Assembly: GCA_012295275.1 (NCBI GenBank)
Contig: CM022665.1
Location: 12,276,001 to 12,340,000, forward strand
Length of the DNA stretch: 64,000 nt
From: Chrysomallon squamiferum
Lineage: Eukaryota; Animalia; Mollusca
Reading direction: 5' to 3'
In this document: in pieces, positions 26,600-42,572 of the stretch
Position numbering within the stretch: position 1 is the first letter of the stretch
Layout of the letters: every line of letters begins with the position of its first letter
The notes under the pieces: generated by a model
The model's database searches: none
What the model was told of the DNA's origin: nothing
Seen by the model: only the letters and a program-made list of their open reading frames with translations
Translations under genes and position numbers: made by a program

Positions 26600-27385
26600 A
26601 TGATTGATTGTATGAATGTACATTTTATATGTGTGCTTGGGGAGTACGTGTATATTTGTTTTTCAATGGATATTTATATGTATGCTTCGTATTTTTCAAT
26701 TTTTATCAGTTTCATTTTATTTATTTATTTATTTATTCCAGTTAGGGTTATATCTATTTCTTTTCATCATTTATTTTTATTACCATTTTTTTTTCCCTCT
26801 TGGAATGCTGTACATGTGAGTAAATACGAAACATTATTTCACCATAATTTCATTCTCACGAAAGTATATAACGACAAATTAATTTAATTTGCAGTATGTT
26901 AGCTTTTACGTTATCTATAATCTCTTCTTTCTGAATATTTATTTCCCAAATTTTCTGTTTTTACTTAGCACAAACTGACAAGTGGTGTTATGTAACATAT
27001 TTATTATGACTGGTGGACCATAAGTGACTGATAACAGAGCACTCATCATTAAATGTTCCTTGTTGTTGATATGCTGGTATTTTTGTAGGAGAGTGTTTGC
27101 GTGTTTTACAAAGTATCATTCCACACATTCTGTCTTTCTTTCATTTTTGTTGTTGTTGTTGTTGGATAAACTCAGTTTTAATGAACAGTTTATAAACATA
27201 CTCGTTACGTCATCAATAATAACACAGTGTCCAGACCAGAACTGCATGTCCGTCTACACACTGGTATAAATACACACACACGTACACACATATACAGAGA
27301 GACAGACAGACACCCGCACACACATTAAAAAACATATATACATGTTATTATAGGTTTACACACACACACACACACACACACACCT

Positions 27386-27428
<43 letters not shown>

Positions 27429-27670
27429 ATTTTACCTACATAGGATTGCTACACATTTTAAACTTTACCTATAGAGGATTGCCACAATATTTAAAGTTTC
27501 ACATGCAAAAAGAATTGCTTTACCTACAACTCATTACCTGTTCATTTTATGCAAGCGCATGACTACCAAGGTGTTTATTAGCTTGACAGGTTTTGCCTAA
27601 AGGAAAATGTCACCACCAGACATAAAAAAAACCCAGCGGCGGATCAAAAAACAAAACAAAACAAAATAGT

Positions 27671-27743
<73 letters not shown>

Positions 27744-27818
27744 AGTTAACTAGAATAAGATATAAACCATTTTTCAAATCGATTTTTTACTATCACATAC
27801 ATACATAAACATATATAC

Positions 27819-28062
27819 AGACACACGCACAAAACTGATATATATAGACATACACATAACACTGTCACCTTTGTAAAAAAAACACTCACATAACAATAAC
27901 AAACCTAAATAAACACCTGACATATATATATAAAATATATGCACTGTTATGCTAATATATAAAGACACACGCACAAAACTGGTGTATATAGACATACACA
28001 TAACACTGTCACCTTTGTAAGAAAAACACTCACATAACAATAACAAACCTAAATAAACACCT

Positions 28063-28143
<81 letters not shown>

Positions 28144-28180
28144 TATATATATGAAATATATGCACTGTTATGCTAATATA
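27819..28180. repeat. 144-bp tandem duplication with an expanded (TA)n in copy 2
   Basis: agacacacgcacaaaactg...aaataaacacctgacatata...aaatatatgcactgttatgctaatatat occurs at 27819 and 27963, nearly identical. Confidence 0.9.
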
Positions 28181-28869
28181 TACCTGTACATATTAAAATA
28201 CTCATATTCATACATATACAGAAACGCACAGCCACACGTAAGAACACATTCTCTCTCTGACACATACTGACACACCTATATGTCAATTCGCACAGATATT
28301 TGTCCTTGCATAAGCAGAGAAATGCCCATACTGTCATATTTTCACGCAGACACATTATTCTTTATAAACTAAATTTCCATCTTTGTGAAAAACAACAAAA
28401 AAAAAAAACAGAAAAAAAAACGCCTCCAAATCCTTGTAATGGACATGCAGAGTGAAATCCTTTTATTCTCCGTATTTGATTAAAACTCGCAACTCGACTC
28501 CGAGCAGCTGCACCTCGAGAAGTAAACGTGATGTTAACCCACACTGGGGATTAACTGGCAGCTTCTCTCTGAAACGATTATCTTTGAATCTTGTCGAAGG
28601 AACTAGAGAAAATAAGGATAAGGAAGACGACGATAAAGGACGTGCGTTTTGTAACAAATCCAAAATATCGCCACACAGCACGCCTCCATCTTACTTCGAC
28701 TGGTATTCAGTCTTTTCAAAATTCTTCTCAACGGATCTTTTTAAAAAAATAAAAATAAAAATTCAAAGGTTTGATAAGCTGGGTTCGAACGTTCCTTGTA
28801 AGATCGAGAGAAGAAAGTTTAAGGAATTTATTTTTATTATAAAATGAAGTAGTAAACGAGGAATGAAGG

Positions 28870-28971
<102 letters not shown>

Positions 28972-29108
28972 GTTACCAGTGCAAAAAAGTAAGAAATTTG
29001 TCTTAATACAGTGACTATAAGTTTATATCTGTGGTTATAGAAATCTTCGGTTTAATCTATCTGAATAACAAGAAACCATTATATAACATGTAGATAAAAG
29101 TAAACACA

Positions 29109-29164
<56 letters not shown>

Positions 29165-29831
29165 TCATTCACCTGGATAATCCATCACGATTCAAACAAG
29201 GTTTCAATCTGACTTAAGTTGTTTATCTTGTGTGATTAAAATGAACAAACGAAGAGTTATTTTTCTGCTGTTATTTATGTGAAAAGTTTTATTTTATTTA
29301 TATGATTTGATATTATGCTGTATTGCATTGTATTATATTATATTATGTACTGTGTTTAATAAACTACAACTAATTCTACCAAAAACTACTACTATCATAT
29401 AATACTTTTACTACCTATATTACTACTACTACTACTACTACTATTACTACTGCTGCTGCTGCTGCTGCTACTACTGCTACTACTATTTTTATTATTATTA
29501 TTATTATTATTAGACCAAAATGTTGATACGGTCAACGTTATCTCGACTACTGACCATTTGATTTGTGCCAGGAGGAGACTGTTTAACAAAAGACAATGGG
29601 TTCTGGACACGTGTATGTTTCTAATGTATAAGATGTGTTTCAGATTCGGACGTGAAACATTAGTGTATATTGCAAGAGGCCGTGAGAACATTTTCAGGTC
29701 TGAATTTACTCGAATGCATGCAGATATGGTTTACAGATTTACAAAATTACGTCGCAAAAACTACGTGAGAAGATTAAAGTCTTTCTTTTCAAAATATATC
29801 CACCCATAGATCCATGCATATATAATAAATT

Positions 29832-29885
29832 CATACATACGTACATACATACATACATACATACATACATACATACATACATACA

Positions 29886-29918
<33 letters not shown>

Positions 29919-30022
29919 CCATGGATACGTACATGTATGCATACACACATAAAGACATACAGAAGCATACATGTAAACATACATACATTCGTACATACAT
30001 ACATACATGCATACATACATAC
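29832..30022. repeat. (CATA)n microsatellite
   Basis: Direct reading. Confidence 0.9.
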
Positions 30023-30779
30023 AGAGGGAGAAGAAGAGAAGGATTCAGTATTTATTATGAACGCTTTTTAATACCCTTGAATGTTTTACTATCTCCCTCT
30101 AAATCATCCCTTATGTATCTTAAACAACTGGATTCGAAATACGAGATATAACTGTGCAATAACAACCATTAAGCCGTAATAGTGAAGATGTACTATAATT
30201 TACAACCTAATTTCAAACTCCGTTGAATGAAAAATGAAGAGAGACCGCCAAGAAAGCTGTAATCCTGGTTCTAGAGTAAATATTTAATCAGCTTATCAGC
30301 TCTTCGGGGCTAAACTGTCGCCACCGCTCGGCAGCGTACGAAATGAGGGGCAGATAATCCCTCGGGGCAATCTCTTCCATGCTCGTTAAAACCGCCTGTC
30401 CGCTCAAAAGAAAGGAATTGAAAGACAACACCTTTTCTGACTGTCAAGTGTGAAGACTGTCACAGAACACATCACAAGAGAACAGATGGTGAACTGTTTT
30501 CGCAGACGTCTCACGACTTTAATAGCAGAAGAAATTCAAACACTTTTAACATTAGAAAACATGCGCAATTTTACGAATGAATCGTTGAGAACATTAAAGA
30601 AGCCAGAAGGCTGCTGTGACTGGATGTCTGTCTGTCCTTTTGTCTCTCTGCACGTCTCTATCTATCTATCATTCCATCCATCCATCCATCCATCCATCCA
30701 TCCATACATACATCCGTACGTTTATTATATATCTGTGTGCCTATCTATATATATGTTTGTATGTTTGTATGTATGTATG

Positions 30780-30811
<32 letters not shown>

Positions 30812-32269
30812 TGTATGTATGTATGTATGTATGTATGTATGTATGTATGTGTGTGTGTGTGTGTATGTACTTTTCGATATTTGAAGAGATTTGTAAAATA
30901 TAGACCATGAAGGACGTGCTTTGTTAGAAAACCAGCTTATTAACTATTAACAAACTGAACGAATAAATGAATGAATTAATGAATAAATGACTAGCTTACA
31001 GATTAAATGGTGTCGTCGAGACATGGTTCAAAGTTGTAGGATCTTGGATGTGACGTCGTTATTCCTAACAATATATGAAAAGGACTAACTAATTAACTAT
31101 ACAGTACATTGTTATTGAGACGATGCACCGCGATTTAAAGTTAAAGCAGAAAGTCGCTATTCCCAAACGCAGATGAAGATGACTAACTAGCTGTACATGG
31201 TTACTACAGAGCGTTATTCAAGTCAAAAACAGAGGAAGAGAATTATCAATCTAACAACATAACTGTCTGACCAGCTAACAAGCTAACTAACTAATTACTA
31301 ACAGAATAAATGATTAATGATACAATTTAAAATGTTCTATGGGAATCGATATTTCCAAGACTATTAATTATATTTGTAAAATTATTTACATGTACGTTCA
31401 CACAATCCATTCTGTTTAAACAAATCTTCCTCTTTTTTTACGGTACGTGCTCATATTTGGTTGTCTATTAAAAAATCGACATTATTATTATTTTTTTTTT
31501 TTTAAAAAAAAAAAAAAAAAGAAAAGAAAAAAAAGAAAAAAAAAAAAAAAAAAAAAGAAACAGCTAAAAAATGTTTCTTTTCAAAATATGTAAATGTTTA
31601 CAAAGATTGTGTCGAAAAATGTTAGAGACACAACAATTTTTTATTTAAAAGAATAATAAATATTCTTGCAACTAACGAAACTTTAGTATCAACGGCAGAT
31701 TGCACTGTTTACACAGCATCGTCTAACTTACGACTGAGATAACAAACGTAAAAAAAATATTTTTAAATATTTACCTCAGTGGGGGTTTATATTAATCCAG
31801 TAATGCGATTTAGTCGATATATGATTCTGTATCAGTCTCCTTTGATGTGGTTTTAATAATACCTCTTGATATCATGGGATGAATAATAGAGGTGCAACAT
31901 TCAATTCAGGGGCGGTCCTGAATTTCAGAAAAACGGGACCTTAACCTTTCGCTGATATAATTATCAAGCTGAATTTTTGTAGATAAAATAAATAAATAAA
32001 TAAATACAGTAGGCCCAAAAATAGTTAGTGGGGATATGCCATGAGCACATTCCTAGATCTATATTTCTATCTATCTATCTATTTCTCTCTGACTGTCTGT
32101 CTCTCTATCTATATATCTATTTTTCTGTCTGTCTGTCTGGCTCTCTATCTATCTCTCTGGTGTAAATGTATGTGGTGACATAATCTTCTGAGTATCAGGT
32201 TTTAGTGTATGCCGTGTAGAGTCCTTAGTCAAGATTGTGTGTGCGAATGTGTGAATATTTGTGCGTGTG

Positions 32270-32550
32270 TATGTATGTATCATTATGTCAAGGATATTAC
32301 TGTTATTTCTGTTGGTATTCACTCGCTACTGTTGTCGTATGTGTGCGTGAGTGTGTAAGTGTGTACGAACATATCACTGCGAAGGATATTACAACTGTTT
32401 CTGTCGATATTCAGTCGTTACTGTTAACGTATGTGTGCGTGAGGGTGTGCGTGCGTACGTCTGTATCACCGCGTCAAGGATATTACTTTTGTTGTTTCCA
32501 GTACTGTTAATACGTGTGTGCGTGACATCATATCATAGATACTACTGATA
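32270..32550. repeat. Degenerate ~90-bp tandem repeat, 3-4 units
   Basis: Recurring TATCAC/TT..GTCAAGGATATTAC...TTTCTGT..TATTCA.TCG.TACTGTT...GTATGTGTGCGTGAG. Confidence 0.7.
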
Positions 32551-35500
32551 TTTTGTGTTCCTTTTTCTGTTGCTGACGATGATATACTCGTGTTTGAAGC
32601 ATGTGTTTCGTATCTGTGTTTTGTTCAAGTTTAGTTTCTCTGACTTGACGACATCCAAACCTCGTTATCACTGAGCCATAAACAGCCAACGCCCTAGTTG
32701 GTTAGCATCGGATAAACATATGGATTGAAATGAATTCTTTTGAAAAATATAGGACGCTGCAGGAATTCTAAGGAATTCTTTTGAATAGAAGACTGTAATC
32801 TTCTCAAGTAGTGTTGATAACGTCCTTGAGAGATATCAAAGTACAGACCACTCAATAAATGGAGTATGTTCATAGGAAACAACAAATTGAAAATAAAGAA
32901 AAAACATGGATTCTAATATTTTGGTGCTTGCGACTCTTCATATCTGAGAAGAAACCAAAAGCAAAGATTTATTTTTAGTAGTATATTTTTTTCTTCTTCT
33001 TCAAGAAAATGTCATTTCGTGATACATAATCTGGAACGGGAAATATGTATGAAGTGACGAATGACTAACTACGTCAGTGGGAATATGCCACAAGTGATTC
33101 GTTACATTTTATCCAATATATAATTTAAAAAGAAAAAAAGAAAGAAAGAAAGAAGAAGAAGAAAAAAACAACAACAAGAAACAAACAAACAATGAAAAAA
33201 TAAAATAATAAAATAAAAAAATTAAAATAATAAAATAAAATAAATAATAATAATAATAATAATAAAGTTTCTGGACAGGGCAGAAGATCAAACAATCAAT
33301 CAATCGTCCGCGATGGATATTCTTGTGCAGCCCATACTCCAAAAATAACCTGTTATAGAGTGCATTACATATTGTTAACGGTTAAAGGATCGGTTTGGAT
33401 TCAGTGCATTCCGTGTGAATAACTAATTCCGATTATAGCAACTATTTATGTAGCCTTCACACCACGCCCTAGATACACAAACATCATTTATTTATTTATT
33501 TTCACTTATTATTAACAACAAAAATTTTATTTCATCTCGTTTATCAGCAAAACCACTAACTTTACTTGTTTAGTATAGTTTTATTACATCACTCATCATT
33601 TACATTTATTACTACATATTTATGAAACGACCGCCATTACTCAATGCCACGTTTACTCGATACCATGACCTCGTTGTAAGCAGACGACACTGTTCACTCC
33701 TGCTTTTATCTCCGATCTGAATTTTATCTCGAGAATTTAGTCGTTTATTTCAAGTGTTAATACTTGCCTTACAGAAATGGGATCATTTATCAGCTTTGAA
33801 GAATGTGGGAAACAAGAGATTTCGTTTACCCGTCATATGTCAGTGTCATTTGTACGTTAAATGCGGCCTACACGGTATGTCTCTAGCAAAGTTAGGTACC
33901 GATTTCATGAGGTGAAAAAGATACAGCAGTGGTTGAGTTGACGTCATTTTGAAACGGTTATTATTTGTGAAACTTGATTTAATTATCAATGTAACTGTCC
34001 TTGTCCAATAAAAACCACGAATATAAATAAGGATTTATGTTCTTAAATATACACATATTATTGTTTAAATTATTATTTTATTTATTATGAGTTGCCGGCT
34101 TGACCATACGTAGGATGCGTAGACAGATCGATGTCATGCACTTTTAGCACACTAGTCTAACACTGAATTAGTTCATCAGGATGCAGCAACACCAATCCAT
34201 GAAATACGAAGCAACCTATAACAAGAACGTTATTTTTGAATTATGTATACGAATGATTAACGCCCTACAAATGATGATGATGAAGATGACGAATATGACT
34301 GTGACGATAATGATGAAAACAATATTAGTAAGACAATGAAGAAGAAGAAGAAAACAGAAGACGAACAACAACGACGACAACAGTAATGATAGTGATGATC
34401 ATATAAATCAGTAAATAAAAGATAATTTCATGAATATGGGAAAGAAAACTACGTAACAGATACATTTTGATGATACACGTTAAAACAACAACAAATAAAA
34501 AATGAAACTGCCTTTTAGGTTTATAGATAATGGGTTATTCTCTCTCGTGTCAGTTTTAAATAATAAATAAAATAAGAATTTAAATATAACATGTATATAT
34601 TAAAAAACATAAAACGTTATTTGTATTCCAGGTTTGTATCAGACAATGACAGTTACATTAGCAATTTAATCTACTTCCACAAATAATAATCATTATCAAA
34701 TGTCGGGAAGCATATAAACTATTTATTCAGTTTTATGTATTAAAAAAAATATATATATATAATAAAACAAATATTTAAAAAAAAAAAAAAAGACCAACGC
34801 TAATGACTTAAACAGATGATGCTACAAGCTGGGATGATTTGTGACACAATTTTAGAAATATTATAAAGCTGGAAGATATCTCCTCCAGTAGTTAGCTAAT
34901 TGAAGAAAGAAAAAATAATGCAACGGGAGAGAGAAAAAAAAATAATAATAATAATAAAAGAAATAAAAGAAAAAAAGAAAGAAAGAAAAAAAAAAAAATA
35001 ACAAAATAACAACAACAAAGAAGAAAATACCCAGATATTGGTAACTAGACGGCAGGTAATCAATAATAAATCGATCAGTTAGTCATTGAATAAATCATTA
35101 AATCAATCAGGCAGTTACTGTTTATTTATTATGAATTATGAAATACTGAAAAAAAAAAAAATATATATATATATCTTTACAATTTTTCATAAAAGACAGT
35201 AACAGTAATAATCTGTTATTAAACATTATCATTAGAGTTATACCATTATAACATATCTTATTGATTTGAACGTAACAACAACAACAACAACTACAACAAC
35301 ACAGGCGTTTTTTTTTTTTATTCATATCGTCTTGTTGAATCTGTTCTGTATTATATTAAACCTATAAGTAAATGTAATAGAAAACCTGTTCTAATAATTA
35401 AGCTAGGTGAAACGTGTGACTTAATATGGAAAAAATGATAAATCAGATAAGCTTATTTTTCCCAGTGACTAACGCAGTAATTCATACGGTCTGTAGGGCA

Positions 35501-35587
35501 AGGACAAACAATGGCTGAACTGGTGATTATAATTACACATGCACATACACACATATATCAGGGCAGCATCTGTTGTATTAGATATAA

Positions 35588-35635
35588 ATAATAATAATAA
35601 TAGTAATAATAATAAGTAGTAGTAGTAGTAGTAGA

Positions 35636-35724
<89 letters not shown>

Positions 35725-35725
35725 A
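35588..35725. repeat. (AAT)n/(AGT)n trinucleotide microsatellite
   Basis: Direct reading. Confidence 0.95.
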
Positions 35726-36829
35726 ATAGCTGTTGCTGTTGAAATATACATTTCTCATCAGCAGAAAAATAACTTGCCTCTAAAATTAGATTTATAATAA
35801 TAATAAGTAGTTGTAGTAGTAGCAGTAATAGCAGTAACTGTTGTTGTTGTGGTGGTGGTAATTTAGCTCTTTAGTGTGTGTTTGTGTCAGTTACACATTT
35901 ATTTCCGTTCTTCTCTTTATTGTCGAATTTAACCTCATGCTGAACTGCTCCAAAAACAAAAACAAAATGTATGTACCAACGCGAGCTTTCATTATATTTC
36001 CTTATACTGAGAAGATAATGTGTACTAATAAAACTCTAACTATATTCAAACTGCTTACATACAACACAGTCTGTATATCCGAGCATACGAAGTGTAAGAT
36101 TAATTCTTTTCATATTAACCCAAATCTAACAAAGATTTCTTTATTCATATTCCATGCATGGCTAACTCCTCCACTGTGGAAAGAGACGATTTTCACGTGG
36201 TTGGTGACCCCCGTGTACTTTGCACTGAAACTATTTATTTTCTTAAAATCTTGCACAGAAAAGGACATACTCACTTTCCTGTCGAAACTGTTTCAGCGAC
36301 ACCGCCCTTCACCGACGGCGGAGCCACCTGAACACCCAGGGGGTGGAGTAGTTTAACGAAAAGAAAAACGAGGCTTGATTAATTAATAGATTACTAACTA
36401 AAATTTGTTTAGGTTTATGTGTCCTGGGTTCACAGTTTAGTTTTCTAAATGTTATTTATTTACTGAATAATAATAATAATAATAATAATGCCAAATGCAG
36501 ATGAAAAGGATACATTAATTTTATCTTTGTTCTTCAGTGTTTAATGTAGAATTATGGAGTCCAAAAATATATTTCATACAATAAAATCTCTGAACGTTAT
36601 TTTATACAATCATAAACATTTTATAATAAACACACACATACACACAGACCGCCTCAGACAGCACGAATAATTGTATACATTTTAAGCCCAGACGCAGCAC
36701 TTTTCTGTAAGGTTTTATCGGACGTCTATTTGTGGATATTGATTATCAGTTTTAAACTGTCTAGAACAGGAACAAATCAATACTTTGCTAGAAACCACCC
36801 AGTTCACGATAAAGGAAAGAAAGAAAAAA

Positions 36830-37091
36830 AAATCCTATAAATAATCCATTCCCCTCCCCTGTCATCAAGTCCCCTCTGTACGTTCTTCCCTTAACCTGTC
36901 CAAACTGTCGCTATCAACGAAGCCACGTGGTTTCCGAATGAATCATCTCGTCCGACAGGCGGCGCGCCTAAAATTTGTCATGTAGGACCGCCAAACGATA
37001 GAGCTCCGACTGAAGCAGACGATACACTTCGGACTTAGTATTACAAGCAGCCTGTTGTGTCGTTTCAGACAAAATTTAAAAATAATTTACA
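36830..37091 (+). promoter_or_regulatory. Probable promoter/5'UTR of the myophilin-like gene
   Basis: Locally CpG/GC-rich (ggcggcgcgcc), E-box CCACGTGG near 36923, MEF2-type CTATAAATAA at 36835-36844, directly upstream of ATG 37092. Confidence 0.45.
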
Positions 37092-37142
37092 ATGGCATAC
37101 AGAGCAACGAAGTCTGGATTTGCTGCTGAAGCACAAAGTAAA
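37092..37142 (+). CDS. Myophilin / muscle protein 20 / transgelin-like (calponin family), coding exon 1
   Basis: acaATGg context. MAYRATKSGFAAEAQSK is a typical myophilin N-terminus (RAxKSGxAxEAQxK). Donor AAA|gtaagt, phase 0. Confidence 0.9.
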
Positions 37143-37361
37143 GTAAGTAGTTTACAAAATTAATTATTACAATAAAAAAGATAGAAACATGCTGTTGTTG
37201 GGCTTTTTCAGTTCGAAATATGCATCGATGTTTTAGTGACTTTGTCACAGGTGGTATAACGATGACAGCTAGTTACGAAAAATTGGAGGCTGAACTATTC
37301 GATAAATGGGTGTTGAAAGTTTCGACGTTAAATGTAATATATGTGTGTGTATATATATATG

Positions 37362-37399
<38 letters not shown>

Positions 37400-37707
37400 T
37401 AATAAACACATACACAGTTTTTTGCGATGTCACTTTAAATATGTTGCGAGTTAATTCATATTTTTTGTTTTAAAATGTGCTTAAAATAATAAAATAAAAT
37501 AAAACTACACAAGAAACACTGAAGCGTTCAAACTAATAAACGAGATATATGTTTATGCTAAAGATAAGGATATCCCCATATATTTAAATTTTTAATTAGG
37601 TTTAAACAGAATAGAAAATAAAACTAATCATCTTTTGAGATATGTATCTAGAAGCATACTTCCTTTCATTTATTTGTTTAGAGTTTTGTTCTTGATGACA
37701 AAAACGA

Positions 37708-37740
<33 letters not shown>

Positions 37741-40700
37741 AATTAAAATAAAAGGCACTACATCATTATGCTATCCTTTACTTAGGTTATATGCCATGGA
37801 TTTAAGATTCAGACTTTTAACATTGTTTAGGGAATACTTTATACATGCTCATTAAATCTGATGTGAATCACGTCGTCCAGTTTGTAGAGATGAAACCAAA
37901 TGTGCTGAATAGTGTAATAAAAGGTGTTCGTGTTCACCATCTCATGCTGCGATTCTTTAATAAATAAAACGTATACCAGTTTGATTGGCTTTTAAGGAAT
38001 ACGTAATTGTGTTGCTTTAAATTTTGTTGATGGTGCGTCCGAAAAAAAATTAAAATGATATATATATAAATTTTTATTATTATTTTATTTTTTTATGGAT
38101 AATATTTTCCCGTGTTTGTGCAGTGAAAAATGTATATACTTCTTTAATCAAATGTTCAGAACTTTATTCATCATTTAAAACCTAGATTATACTTGAATTT
38201 CAAGCAACCAGATTTATTTTTCTATTTATGAGAGTAAGCCTCACAAATGTTTATTCTATGTAACTGAAAATTCATCGGCCTTTCTTCTAGAATTTACGGT
38301 ACGCTGGCACAGCTGCAGTCTCAAAGCAGTAATTAAATATCTTATCAACGTACACGACTTTTTAGATGTAAATTCCTGCCGGCTGACGACGACTGGAGGC
38401 CGTTTGTCGCTGGTACGAAGCAGACATTTACATTTAGCAAGTACAGATATTATAAATATTTCTCGTGAAACGCATGGCTGGGTTGTGACACACGGAACAG
38501 CAGTATGTCTGTTTTGAGTTGGATTTAAAATGTTATTCAGAATGCGGCTGACTGTTAGATTTTCTAGATGTTAACATTTTCTTATTTATATTATCTAGTT
38601 ACTTTTATTTTCTTCCACCTTCCCTATAGTACCACTGTTTTCTCGTTTTTTTTTTTTTTTTATATGTAAACGTACTTTTGAAACCTAACAGCCTTCAGCA
38701 TTAATATATTCATTCTTTACCGATGCAGTATCCATAAATATTGTAAACGCAATACGAATTAAATCGTCGGTTTTCACATTGCTGTATAGATTCTTCTAAT
38801 GTTAACATTGACATTTTTACGATATGTATCCAGTGAGCGTTCGGGTTTTGTGACATTTTTGTCACATAGGGATATTAAATTATCTTTGAGCAAACAGTAA
38901 GTGTCCTTTATATTCCTTATAAAAGTAAACCTGTAACAGCGTGTAAACCTGCGTACCATAAAGTTAGCTGTAATAAAAATCAGTCTGTTTGGAAAGCAAT
39001 AAAATTCAATTTTTATTTTATGCAAGTTTGAAAAATAAACAGTATAAACAGTAGCAGTATTTTAATGTGCTGTCTCGATGTTTTATTGCCTAAGTAGGAA
39101 ATTCTGATTAATTTTTGTTTAAGAGTGAAGAATGAATGCCTGTTCAACTTAAAAACATTCTTATTAGCTGCCATTAAATATCAAATGTAGGCATTTTGAT
39201 ACGAAAGAACAAACATGATCTGTCATTCTTAAGTCATACACATTTCGACACAGAGTAAAGGTCTACTCTTTACTTGTTTCTAAGAAAGACCTACATTTTG
39301 CCACTGAGTTACCGCCTGCCACTTAAGGATAGGAAACAAGTCTGTCAGAGATTTTAACATTAGGTTACTAACTTGACACTTAAGATATTATTTTAATACG
39401 ATTTTTAATTGCTCCCAAACCCCCTTTTTTTGTTCATTTTTTTCTCTGACAATTTCCCTGTGAGGATAAGCTTTGGTATGTAATGGAAAACAGCTGCTGT
39501 AATTTAAATTAAGTACCATTAAAAATGTTTATACAAGAAAACCAGACAAATTGGCGGTCACTGATTTTTCAGTGAATAAAAACTATTAGTCCCCACGTCA
39601 GAGTTTTATATCAGTCTGTAGTTTGTGGAACGGAAAAGTGTCTCTTCACACTGATATGACATTTTATGACAATTTTCCTGAATGTAAGATACTTTACAAT
39701 TTCTTGAAGGTTAGTTAACAAAATTTGCAGACATTATAAAATTTAAAATCTCAGAAAAATTGTTCGCTGATCTTAGTTATCACAAAATTATAAGCACTTG
39801 ACTATTGAAAAGAATTCATATACATGTGCATTGGTTTAGATACTATATATTAATATTTGTTAAGTTTAATTTTTAAAAAATTTAAAAATTAGGAATGTTA
39901 CATTGGTTATACCGAGTAACAGGGATAACCCAAACTATTTTCATTTTGTAATTGATTTCATGGTGTTATTCAACTGCAGACACTGTCTTTGGGAGTATTA
40001 AGTGTATTTTCAATGTGCTGAGTTGCTGTTGATTTAGCATCACACGAACGATTCACTTTGAATTCTGACTCATCGGAATAGGATGACACGTCTTGAAGTA
40101 CTTGGATAAAGTTCTTGATACGGCATTTCATTAGTGTCAGCTGGCACCATGATTATCCCGTGACTAACAGTGATTAACCGGTCGTCATTATCTGACTAAA
40201 CAAGTTTGCTATTTATTTTCATTTGTATTTTATACAGTTAAAATAGGCTGCTCTTTTAGAAATTTCATGAACATTTAAAATTTTTATCACCTGTAAAGAT
40301 TATGACCATAAAACTGCCCATAAAGTTCTTACAATATGCGCACAAACACAACATACAAAGCAACAGACAATGTTCAAATACACATGTACATCATATCGAT
40401 TAATAAATAGCAAGGCTGTCTGTCAGAATCTGTAGTCATTTCGTAATCAATAAAGGTTGTTTGGATTTCTACAGTATGTAACGTGATATTTTTCTGTTTA
40501 AGGTCAGCATAGCAACTGTTGTGGGACCTGCTGATCTTTACAAACAGCCTGTGAAATAAGTTGGATATCAATAACCACTTCATTCAATTGATCTGTTCAA
40601 TACTTTTCAGAAAGATAATAAAATGACACTTGTCAGCAAGAGAAAGCAAATACAGTATTTTCAACAAGCAGCTGCATGGTGTTAGTGATTGCTTCGTCAA

Positions 40701-42316
40701 ACAAACGTTTATTGAAATAAGCTATGCATGTTATAAACTTGCGTGTTCGTTATCATCTGCCTGTCCTATTTAGGTTACTTCTGTTTTGAATCTCCAACAT
40801 AACTATGATATGGGAGCAGTGCGACATTGTTTTCAATTTGGATCAACACGACAAAAGCGTTAGCAAAACAGTTATGTTAAACATCTGTATATTCTTCAAA
40901 TTATAATTTAAAATTAAAATGTATATTTACACTAACTGAAAATATGTAGGTTTATCGTTAACATGCTTGATTAAATCTACTTCTAAAACACTGAATGTGA
41001 AAAACTGGTATAAAATCATCTAAAAAAAAGGAAATAAAACTAAGATAATTGAACTTTGTTAATGCTCCAGAACTGTCATCTGATCTGTGCCGTTGTTTGA
41101 CACCCAGTATTATATACACTACTTTTTAAGTTACTGGTGTATAATTAAATATTCATTCTGATATATTTAGATTTAAATTTGAATGTTTAAATGGCATTCG
41201 GTTATTGGACCATCCTATATGTAATGTCCTCACATGACCCGACGTTCCGTTTGCGATGTACGTGGTTCAGATGAATGTCTGGTATTTACACAAGACGTGG
41301 GTAGGCGAATGTACATGACTAACACGGTTTCTCGAAACCTAGACATAGCACGACTAGTGACAATACCAAGCTTGATGGGAACAATACGTTTCCTTTCTAA
41401 CGTTCTGAGAAGTTCCTTCAGGTGAATTTAAAATGAAACACTTAATCGCATTCAATAATAATGAGTGGATAACAATTTAATAACATGGGTGAAACATTTT
41501 CCTGTTCTTTAGATTAAAACTTTTGAAAAAATCCTCCATTGCATTACATTTTAAAATCTTTTTAAAATAAAAGGACGTAATAGTGAATTTTTCCTCCTTA
41601 ATTATTGTATTATTTTATAATTGAACCTGTCTGGCGTAACATATCGATCGGACTGAATTTCATGAAATTGCTGGGCACGGAAAATATTCCTGGTTCGATA
41701 TGTAGACTGGATTTCATCGTATCAAAGGTTTACTCTCCATTAACGTTATAATTTGGAATTTCTGTTTTTTAATAACATAACAATGTAACATTAAGACAAA
41801 GCCTATTTCCTATACTGAACTAAGATGCAGGTCACCCCGACCTTTCTTTGTGGTTTTAGAACAAGAAACTATATTATTTTCGTCATAATACTGCAAGTAA
41901 ATCGATGAATTAATGCTGGACCTTTATTTACCTAGAACTTGAATGCGAACGATCCATTACAATTTTTCATAGACCCCATTTCTGGATCAAACTGTTTTCT
42001 ATCGATTACTTATGGAGAAATTACCGAGTAAAAGAACTGGATACAAGTGTGTGTATATATAATGAAATGTTGAGTCTTCACTTTAACTCCGTAACATTTT
42101 TTAATTATAAATTCGTGAAAAATCAGTTTTCAGATTTGTTTCTGCAGGCAGTAATTTTATTATAGTGCAGTTGTAACTATAAAATATACCTTTGATGTAA
42201 TCCTATTCAAAATTGTGTAATGAAAACGAAGAAATGTACTTTTTAAAAACTGACTATACCACATTTTATCATACATGTATTGTAACATTATAAAATCTCA
42301 CAATTATAGGTACTAC

Positions 42317-42572
42317 CAGGGTTGGATTTAATGTGCTTGCCGCCCCCTCCTCAAGGCTCAAGTCCCCCTCACCGTTCCTACTTAGTTTATATAATATGAA
42401 TGGTTGTAACTTATGAACTAGTTGAAAGCAAAAACATGGTGTTACATTTACGTAATGATTTATTTATAAATCAAATGTGAAAATACAAATTTATGTAACA
42501 TAAACTGCCGCCCCTATCATCCTGCCGCCCTAGGCACTAGCCTGGAAAGCCTGTATGGGAAATCCGGCCCTG
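42317..42572. mobile_element. hAT-type MITE (256 bp) in myophilin intron 1
   Basis: TIRs CAGGGTTGGATTT / AAATCCGGCCCTG (11/13). 8-bp target-site duplication ggtactac / agtactac (7/8). Subterminal TGCCGCCC motifs x3. Confidence 0.85.

Noticed and set aside
28452-28847. 131-aa ORF with an RSKR motif
   Set aside because: GTG start, no signal peptide, no recognisable domain or consistent splice sites.
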